From NCBI GenBank assembly GCA_965247685.1, contig OZ252021.1:780001-812000 (forward strand): a stretch of 32,000 bases of DNA, given 5' to 3'. The notes below the pieces were generated by a model, which searched no databases, was not told the DNA's origin, and worked only from the letters and a program-made list of their open reading frames with translations. The stretch comes from Bdellovibrionales bacterium. Lineage in GTDB: Bacteria; Bdellovibrionota; Bdellovibrionia; Bdellovibrionales; UBA1609. A program made the position numbers and the translations under genes. Shown piece after piece: positions 25,574 to 32,000 of this stretch (its first letter is position 1; each line of letters starts with the position of its first letter).

Positions 25574-25739
25574 TGTGCAGAGTGTGTTTTCTCAGAAAAG
25601 GATTGTATTTCTTTTTTTCTAATTTTTCAGGATGTGTTTGAACGTTCTTTTTTGTGGTGTAACGTGATGGAGGGAGGTTTTGTTTTCTTGCCTCGGTACA
25701 TTCTAAAGTAATAATACGTTGTCCTTTCTTTTTTGCCAT
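25560..25739 (-). CDS. rpmG: 50S ribosomal protein L33 (Cys-poor, zinc-independent-type)
   Basis: Hand translation gives [59 protein letters not shown], then TAG. It matches the L33 pattern (ITLxCTEC...YxTxKN...PxKLExKKYxPxxRKHTLHxExK). The 59-aa length probably explains its absence from the ORF track. The start lies 3 nt after the rpsD stop, with an AAAGG Shine-Dalgarno inside the rpsD 3' end. Confidence 0.85.
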   Translation of the reverse strand: MAKKKGQRIITLECTEARKQNLPPSRYTTKKNVQTHPEKLEKKKYNPFLRKHTLHREIK

Positions 25740-25742
25740 TTT

Positions 25743-26369
25743 TTAAGCCTTTCTTGCCGCATAATACTCTGTAAATAAACCGGCATCGAAAGTGAAAGGA
25801 ATATGCCCAACACCCGGTATATCTTGTAAAGTTCCAACAGGCTTGCCGTCTTTTTCTTCTTTGGTCAGAAAATCTGGTAAATCAAGCCGAGGTTGAGTAG
25901 TTGCTTGGATGACATTTTGATTGAGTAAACCTTTTTGAGTTACAGAAACTTGATCGCCTGTATGGATCACGTAAGAAGGAATATCCACTTTCTTATTGTT
26001 CACAAGAACATGACCATGCCGAACAAGTTGACGAGCGGATAACATACTTGGAGCTATTCCTAAGCGAAAGATCACGTTATCCAATCTTCTCTCTAGCAAA
26101 CCAGCCAGTTTTTCGACCCAGTTTGAAGATTGCCCTTTTTTTGCATTTCTAATAAACCGTCTCAGTTGATGTTCTCTAAGAACATAATGAAACCGAATTT
26201 TTTGCTTTTCTTCCAGCCTCAATGCGAAGTCTGAATACTTTCTTCTCTTATTCCCGCTTTCTCCTGGAGGGTAGGGTCGACGTTCTAAAGCCCCTTTCTT
26301 TCCTAAACCAGGAAACTCCATTCCAAAACGGCGTTGAATTTTAAATCTTGCAAACGATTGTTTTTTCAT
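25743..26369 (-). CDS. rpsD: 30S ribosomal protein S4
   Basis: ERRPYPPGESG, LEEKQKIRFHYVLREHQLRRF and the S4 RNA-binding domain (LERRLDNVIFRLGIAPSMLSARQLVRHGHVLVNNKKVDIPSY) are present. Confidence 0.92.
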   Translation of the reverse strand: MKKQSFARFKIQRRFGMEFPGLGKKGALERRPYPPGESGNKRRKYSDFALRLEEKQKIRFHYVLREHQLRRFIRNAKKGQSSNWVEKLAGLLERRLDNVIFRLGIAPSMLSARQLVRHGHVLVNNKKVDIPSYVIHTGDQVSVTQKGLLNQNVIQATTQPRLDLPDFLTKEEKDGKPVGTLQDIPGVGHIPFTFDAGLFTEYYAARKA

Positions 26370-26640
26370 AAAAAACTACTCACTATCTTAGTGATGAACA
26401 TATACAAACTTCCAATAAATTCACAATTTGTGTAAACCTTCTTTAGAAGAATCCTTGTTTGTATGTGTGTTATCTAATAATCAGAGTGTTTAAGTCAAGG
26501 GTATTCCTGTAAGTAAATTTTACAAGAATGTCTAGATTTTACCAATTTGAAGATAAATTCTGTGGGTTTCGCTTTTGAAATCTTGTAGAATTTTGCTTAA
26601 AGTGAGAGGATTCTTTAGATTTTAGAGCATTGGGGGTCTT

Positions 26641-28140
26641 TTGAAACATTTTTGGTTCCGTTTCATTTTCTGGTTATGTGCTATTCTGGCAGTCTGTACA
26701 TTAGGCATTTCTGTTTCTGTTTCTGTTTTATATGCAAACAATGGGAATCAAGAAAAGCTTAAAAATCTTCAAAATGAAGCTCAGCAAACTCAAAGATTAA
26801 TGATTAAAAATGTTAAATTATTGACTTCACATTTAATCTCCATGATATCGAATTCGAATAAAGAAGATGCTCACTTTACTTTTGTAGGTGTGGCAGATAG
26901 GAAAACAGGACAGGTCGTCTCCATTCACCCTGCCAGGTATACACTGAAAAATCTTAGAGTGTCTACTTCTGACCTTACAGTTCATCCTGTGGCTTTTAAG
27001 CCTTTCAATCTTTCTTATAATCAATTAGGTCGGACTCTTTTTCTAGTGGATCGTAATCGAATTCGCTCTGTAGCTCTGGATTCTAAACAATACAGTGATC
27101 AAATCATCTTTGGACTTCTTTCCCCCAAAGGGTTTTCCATTTTGTCTCAGGCTTTCAATCCCCAAAGAAGAGAAGGTTTTATCGTACAAAGTTCTTCTCA
27201 ATGGGTTCCTATTCATTCTCAAAAAGAATATTCTGGTCAATTTTTACCTCCGAAGTACTCCGTTGAGAAATTAAAAAAATCAAAAGGTTGGGCTTTCTTA
27301 TCAGAAAATAAGGAGAAGTTGAGTGTAGGAATTCCAATGGGAATCATGAACTCTTATTTAGTTTTAAATACTCAGAGCCAAAGTTGGAATCAGCACTTTA
27401 TGGCTGTGTTTTACGAAGTATCTTTTGTGATGCTTTTTGCAGGTGTAATGATCTTATTGTTATCTTATCTATTTTTTCGCCCGATTCGAGAGGCTTATCA
27501 ATATCTTTACTGGTGGATCAATAGTTTTAAATCGACCAACAGTCTTCCTATCCCTAATTCAAATAAAAAGAATATATATATTCAAAAAGTTCAACAAGGA
27601 ATGTCGAGGCTGTTTATGAGACTCAGAGAAAACCAGTTTTCACAAATTGAAACAGAGCCTTCTTTCGAGATGTTTTCTGATTTTATTCAAAAAGTTTGTG
27701 AATCTCAGCCTGATTTTTCTGGTGTGAAGATTCAGTATCAATTCGACGCGGATATTAAGTTAAAAAAACCTTTGTATTGGTTGGAGCAATCCTTATTGGA
27801 AATTATAAAAAATGCAAAAGAATCTATGGAGAGTTTAAACCAGATACATATAGATATTTCTACCTTTAAAGAAGACCAGATGTTTTGTTGTACTATAAGA
27901 GATTACGGTCCTGGAATGGGGTCTTTGCTGATGAATCAAGCTTGCAAGGCATATTATACATCGAAGCCGAATGCCAAAGGATTAGGCCTCACTTTAGCTT
28001 ATTCTTCTTTATCTCGTGCAGGATGCCGTCTTTATTTTCAGAATATGAATGAAGGAAAGGGTTTAGAAGTGCAAATATCTATACCTTTAAGTAAAGAATT
28101 TAGTTATTCTGTGAGTCATGATGCAGTTTATGATTCATAA
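26641..28140 (+). CDS. Membrane sensor protein with a C-terminal HATPase_c (GHKL) domain but no H-box histidine (pseudo-histidine kinase)
   Basis: Two TM segments (res ~5-30 and ~253-279) flank a ~220-aa extracytoplasmic domain. The N-box is LLEIIKNAKE, G1 is IRDYGPGMG and G2 is AKGLGLTLAYS. No His residue occurs between H252 and H403. The start codon is TTG. Confidence 0.7.
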   Translation: MKHFWFRFIFWLCAILAVCTLGISVSVSVLYANNGNQEKLKNLQNEAQQTQRLMIKNVKLLTSHLISMISNSNKEDAHFTFVGVADRKTGQVVSIHPARYTLKNLRVSTSDLTVHPVAFKPFNLSYNQLGRTLFLVDRNRIRSVALDSKQYSDQIIFGLLSPKGFSILSQAFNPQRREGFIVQSSSQWVPIHSQKEYSGQFLPPKYSVEKLKKSKGWAFLSENKEKLSVGIPMGIMNSYLVLNTQSQSWNQHFMAVFYEVSFVMLFAGVMILLLSYLFFRPIREAYQYLYWWINSFKSTNSLPIPNSNKKNIYIQKVQQGMSRLFMRLRENQFSQIETEPSFEMFSDFIQKVCESQPDFSGVKIQYQFDADIKLKKPLYWLEQSLLEIIKNAKESMESLNQIHIDISTFKEDQMFCCTIRDYGPGMGSLLMNQACKAYYTSKPNAKGLGLTLAYSSLSRAGCRLYFQNMNEGKGLEVQISIPLSKEFSYSVSHDAVYDS

Positions 28141-28161
28141 AATCCTTATTTAAGTTTAGAT

Positions 28162-28686
28162 TTGCGGATTATGAATAACCAATTTTTGAAAACTCTTTTT
28201 GTGGAAATTTCAAGAGCTCGAAGTTTACAACTGCCTGTTTCTCTCATACTGATTGATGTAGTTTCAGACTCAGATGTTCAAAAAGAAAATATCAATACTC
28301 TATTTCACTCTTTGACTCAGCACTTAAGGAAGAATAGCCAAATGTATGATTGTGATTTTCGTCTTAGTGATCATGAGATGGCTCTTATTTTACCTCATCG
28401 AAACGAGAAACAAGTTTTGGAAAAGGCTAATAAGCTCTATGAGATGCTTGAAACGTTAAACCGATCACATATTTTAAAATCTGATTTAATTTTTCAAGTT
28501 TGTGTTGCAGAATACCCTCAATCTGGAAGAGATGCCTTTCACTTATTACAGTTGGCTCGTCAAGCTTGTGCTTCATACAGAGAACAATTTAAGAATCAAA
28601 GTGGGTTGACCTTAGCTAAGGCTCCTCAAAATTTTAAACCTGATTATCAGGCTCGTCCAGTTGAAAGCTTTTTGGAGTTGAGTTGA
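28162..28686 (+). CDS. Stand-alone degenerate GGDEF-like domain protein (SDHEM in place of GGDEF)
   Basis: The GGDEF-domain pattern is retained: FLKTLFVEISRARSLQLPVSLILIDV..., then DCDFRLSDHEMALILP, then VCVAEYPQSGRDAFHLLQLARQACASYRE. The catalytic GG(D/E)EF, the DxFKxxND segment and the RxxD I-site are all lost. An alternative ATG start lies at 28171. Confidence 0.55.
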   Translation: MRIMNNQFLKTLFVEISRARSLQLPVSLILIDVVSDSDVQKENINTLFHSLTQHLRKNSQMYDCDFRLSDHEMALILPHRNEKQVLEKANKLYEMLETLNRSHILKSDLIFQVCVAEYPQSGRDAFHLLQLARQACASYREQFKNQSGLTLAKAPQNFKPDYQARPVESFLELS

Positions 28687-28692
28687 AGAGCT

Positions 28693-29838
28693 ATGTCAAT
28701 TTCTGAATTAGTTGTGAGTTTAGAGGCTTTAAGAAAAAACATTCGAACTGTTAAAAATCTATTAGATACAAATAACTTTTTTTATCCATTCATAAAATCT
28801 GACGCATATGGCTTGGGCGTGAATCATATTCTGCCTATTTTTTTACAGGAAGGGTTTTCAGAGTTTGGTGTTTTAAATATAAAAGAAGCTCAAAATATTT
28901 CTCATTCTGAAGTGAGGCTTCTTTTATTTGGTGCTATGAATGATGTTAATTCTATAGTTCAAAATTCAAATTGGATTCCAGTTATTCATTCTTGGGAGGA
29001 TTTAAAATTATTTTCTCAGTCTGTTTTAAAAAATAAGACACAACATCATATTCATATAAAGATTAATGTGGGGATGGCTCGTTTAGGGTTTGAGGTTTCA
29101 GATGTGGAACCTTTAGTTTCTTATTTGAAAGAACAGCCGCATTTAAAACTGGAAGGAGTTTGTGGACATTTAGCTTGTGGAGAAGATATTGGAATCGATC
29201 AAGGAGAGTCTCAAAAACAAACTGAAGTTTTTAAAAAACAGGTAGAAAAATTTCAAAAATCTTTTTCGAATATTAAAGCTCACTTATATAACAGTTATTC
29301 TCTTGTTGGAGCGTTTGTGCATGACATTCCTCTGAATTTTGGATGCCGAGTGGGAGGATGCCTTTACGGTGCAAAGCCTTTGGTGTATTTTGCAAATTCA
29401 AAGGCAAAGGATAAATGGGAGCAATTAGAATTTCAGCCGGTCTCGACTTTAAAGAGCTATATTATTTCTTCTCGTATCGTTCCTAAAAATCAGGGTGTAT
29501 CCTATGGTTGGAATTGGAAATCTTCAAGAGATTCTAATATTGCGGTGGTTTCTATGGGCTATGCAGATGGAATGTGGAAGAGTTTAAGGAATGGATTTGT
29601 GCTTTTTCGTGGGAAAAGAGTTCCTATCGTAGGTGATATTTGTATGAATTTTTTTATGATTGATTTAACTGAGGTTTTAGGTTTGAACTCACCAAAGGCA
29701 GGTGAGGAAATTGTCATTTATGGAAAGCAAGGCGAAGAAAATCTAAGTTGGAATGAGTGGGCGCAGCATACGGGTTCTATTCCGTATGAGATTATGACTA
29801 ATATTGGTTTTTCAGTGAGTAGAGTTTATCAAAAGTAG
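28693..29838 (+). CDS. alr: Alanine racemase
   Basis: The PLP-lysine motif is PFIKSDAYGLG. NVGMARLGF, VSYGWNW, VSMGYADG and GDICMNFFMIDLT are present, and the C-terminus contains IPYEIMTNIG. Confidence 0.88.
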   Translation: MSISELVVSLEALRKNIRTVKNLLDTNNFFYPFIKSDAYGLGVNHILPIFLQEGFSEFGVLNIKEAQNISHSEVRLLLFGAMNDVNSIVQNSNWIPVIHSWEDLKLFSQSVLKNKTQHHIHIKINVGMARLGFEVSDVEPLVSYLKEQPHLKLEGVCGHLACGEDIGIDQGESQKQTEVFKKQVEKFQKSFSNIKAHLYNSYSLVGAFVHDIPLNFGCRVGGCLYGAKPLVYFANSKAKDKWEQLEFQPVSTLKSYIISSRIVPKNQGVSYGWNWKSSRDSNIAVVSMGYADGMWKSLRNGFVLFRGKRVPIVGDICMNFFMIDLTEVLGLNSPKAGEEIVIYGKQGEENLSWNEWAQHTGSIPYEIMTNIGFSVSRVYQK

Positions 29839-29866
29839 AACAAAGTAAAAATTTTAAGAGGTAAAA

Positions 29867-31375
29867 ATGTATAAGAATGCGTTGATCAGTGTTTTTGATA
29901 AAGAGGGTTTAGTAGAGTGTGTGAAGAGTCTGCAAAAATTAGGAACTCGTATTGTATCCACAGGCGGTACAGCTCAGCTTTTGTCGGAGCATGGAATTCC
30001 TGTTGTGAATATTACAGATCAAACCCAATTTCCTGAGGTGATGGATGGAAGAGTAAAGACTTTGCATCCGCATGTATTTCTCCCTTTGCTGGCTCGAAAA
30101 GATCATAAAAAAGATGAACAAGAACTGAACTCTAGAAAATTAGAACATTTTGATTTAGTGATTTGTAATCTTTATCCTTTTGATCGTGTAACAAAGGATC
30201 AGGAAAAAGAGCAGATTGAATTAATTGATGTCGGCGGCCCATCTATGTTGAGGGCTAGTGCTAAAAATTTTGAAAAAATTACTGTGATCTGTGATCCTAA
30301 GGATTATAATTTACTTAATCAAAAAGAGATCACAGTGAATCAGAGAAGAAAACTAGCTTCAAAAGTTTTTGATCATTTGAGTCGTTACGATGCCTGTATT
30401 GCGAATTATTTAAAGCGCTCTTCTAATGCGTCCTCGGATTATGAGATTCGAGGTCAATTTTTTAAGAGCTTAAGGTATGGAGAAAATCCTCAACAAAAAT
30501 CTTCTTGGTATAGTATTCCTTCTCAAAAAGGCTTGCATGATGTTCAGGTGCTGCATGGTAAGGAGTTATCCTTTAATAATATTTTAGATTTGCAAGCAGC
30601 AGTATCTACTCTCAGGGAATTTAGTACTCCTTGTTTTGTGGGTATTAAGCATAACAATCCATGTGGTGTGGCTTGTGCCAGTAATATGGGTGAGGCCGTT
30701 CGAAAAGGTTTAAAAGCAGATCCTATGAGTATTTTCGGAGGTATTGTAGCAGTAAATCGAAAAATGGATCAAGCTGAAGCAGAACAGCTGCACCCTCTTT
30801 TTTTAGAGTGTATTATTGCCCCTGACTATTCTAAGGAGGCTTTGAGTTTATTATCTACTAAGAAAAATCTTCGTCTTTTACTTTGGGAGAATATATTAAA
30901 AAGGCCTATTCAAAGTGAGATGCATAAAGTGGACGGTGGATTTTTGATTCAGGACGAGGATCAAGTGAAGTTGGATTGGTCTCAGGTTATCGTAGATGGT
31001 AAGAAACCTTCAGATTCTATTCGTCAAGATTTAGAGATGGCTTGGAAAGTTTGTGCTCATTTAAAGAGTAATGCTGTTAGTTTGGTATCAGGTCAACAAA
31101 CCGTAGGTTTAGGTATGGGACAAGTGGATCGTGTGACTGCTGTGGACTTAGCTATTCAGAGAATGAAAAAATATCATCCCTCTCTTTCATCTTCCGTAGT
31201 GATGGCTAGTGATGGTTTTTTCCCTTTTGAAGATTCTATTGTGAGAGCAGGTGAAGAAGGTATCCAGTGGATCATTCAACCTGGAGGATCTGTGAAGGAT
31301 AAAATAGTGATTCAAAAAGCGAAGGAATTAGGAATGAATATCATTCGGACAGGATGTCGCCACTTTAAACATTAA
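29867..31375 (+). CDS. purH: Bifunctional AICAR transformylase / IMP cyclohydrolase
   Basis: ALISVFDKEGL, STGGTA, MDGRVKTLHPHVF, VICNLYPF, IDVGGPSMLRASAKN, YGENPQQ and the C-terminal QPGGSVKD...RHFKH are present. Confidence 0.95.
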   Translation: MYKNALISVFDKEGLVECVKSLQKLGTRIVSTGGTAQLLSEHGIPVVNITDQTQFPEVMDGRVKTLHPHVFLPLLARKDHKKDEQELNSRKLEHFDLVICNLYPFDRVTKDQEKEQIELIDVGGPSMLRASAKNFEKITVICDPKDYNLLNQKEITVNQRRKLASKVFDHLSRYDACIANYLKRSSNASSDYEIRGQFFKSLRYGENPQQKSSWYSIPSQKGLHDVQVLHGKELSFNNILDLQAAVSTLREFSTPCFVGIKHNNPCGVACASNMGEAVRKGLKADPMSIFGGIVAVNRKMDQAEAEQLHPLFLECIIAPDYSKEALSLLSTKKNLRLLLWENILKRPIQSEMHKVDGGFLIQDEDQVKLDWSQVIVDGKKPSDSIRQDLEMAWKVCAHLKSNAVSLVSGQQTVGLGMGQVDRVTAVDLAIQRMKKYHPSLSSSVVMASDGFFPFEDSIVRAGEEGIQWIIQPGGSVKDKIVIQKAKELGMNIIRTGCRHFKH

Positions 31376-31463
31376 TTTTGATGCTTATGAGGTTGCTATC
31401 ATTACTTCTCAAAAATAACTTTCAGTGTTAATTTTTCTTCTATAAGATGCCGAAGAGTACCTT

Positions 31464-32000
31464 ATGGAAAAGATTTGGCTGATTTGCAGAAAGAATAAGA
31501 TTTCAGGCCCTTTCGACGAAGATCAAGTTCGAGAAATGTTAGAGAATAAAACCTTATCACTTCAGGATGAAGTGATTCAGCCTCTCAAACAATGGGTGTA
31601 TATTCGAAATACATTTTTTAATCCTTCATTTGATGCAAGCCCTTCCCAGAAGGTTGTCTCAGATAATCAAGCTTCATCTCAAGATATTGAAAATACTGTT
31701 TTTGTAAATTTAAAAGATGATGATTCTTTTTCTGATGTTGAAATTGAAGGTACAGGTGAAGACGGAGGTGAGTTTTTACCGAATCATCAAACAGAAAGTG
31801 ATGCGAATCTTGATCAAGGTTTAGAGTTGGAACAAAAGGATGATCTATCTGCTATAGAGGATTTAGAGAAAGATGTGGATGTGGATCAAGCTGTTTCTGT
31901 GGTATATGCGGCTCAAAATGATGAAAATGTGGGGAGTAATAAAACCTCTCATGCAGAGTTTGGCAGCATTGAACAAATTAAAAGAACTGCAAATGATCAG
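31464..32000 (+). CDS. GYF_2 (DUF4339)-like domain protein with an acidic low-complexity region; partial, runs off the right edge
   Basis: The frame from the ATG at 31464 stays open to the window end. The N-terminus MEKIWLICRKNKISGPFDEDQVREMLENKTLSLQDEVIQPLKQWVYI fits the GYF_2 pattern (W...G...GPf...el..l...g.i...t.v......W). D/E-rich sequence follows. Confidence 0.5.
   Translation, partial: MEKIWLICRKNKISGPFDEDQVREMLENKTLSLQDEVIQPLKQWVYIRNTFFNPSFDASPSQKVVSDNQASSQDIENTVFVNLKDDDSFSDVEIEGTGEDGGEFLPNHQTESDANLDQGLELEQKDDLSAIEDLEKDVDVDQAVSVVYAAQNDENVGSNKTSHAEFGSIEQIKRTANDQ

Noticed and set aside
1-32000. Mobile elements, prophage, defence islands, and tRNA/rRNA genes
   Set aside because: I scanned both strands. 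No transposase, integrase or recombinase-like ORFs were found. There are no long inverted or direct repeats flanking a block, no tRNA-like GC-rich cloverleaf segments (for example a GGTTCGAATCC-type T-arm) and no obvious compositional break. The window looks like core chromosome.

Overview
This 32-kb window looks like ordinary chromosomal sequence from a visibly AT-rich Gram-negative bacterium (composition not computed). The gene content fits a Bdellovibrionota/Oligoflexia-like or similar lineage (PATAN-type response regulator, degenerate GGDEF, cN-II-like 5'-nucleotidase, fused nuoCD), but I cannot assign taxonomy from sequence alone. About 30 tightly packed genes are present, and most are housekeeping. 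They include a fragment of the Complex I locus (nuoB, fused nuoCD, an intervening EamA transporter, and a nuoE 5' part running off the left edge). Next come an HAD phosphatase coupled to a cold-shock-domain-less RNase R, then a convergent HAD-IG 5'-nucleotidase. Riboflavin genes are split (ribD ... ribB-ribH). Other genes are an INS-less proS, an alternative-type gshA, tig, a sufS-nfu-ctp operon, a tolB-like gene, dusB, rpsD-rpmG, alr, purH and a partial GYF-domain gene. Two genes absent from the ORF track were recovered by hand: nuoE (1-319, minus strand) and rpmG (25560-25739, minus strand, 59 aa). I saw no CRISPR array, tRNA/rRNA, transposase, integrase, phage gene or recognisable defence system, so I cannot claim a clear novel system. 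The most unusual items are three. First, a response regulator fused to a PATAN/DUF4388-like module and a J-like domain whose HPD motif reads HVD. Second, a membrane sensor with a HATPase_c domain but no possible phospho-acceptor histidine, followed by a degenerate GGDEF protein (SDHEM). Third, a 6 x 13-bp tandem repeat that is built from, and overlaps, the 3' end and stop codon of rpmG. All functional calls rest on by-eye motif recognition and need HMM or structure confirmation.
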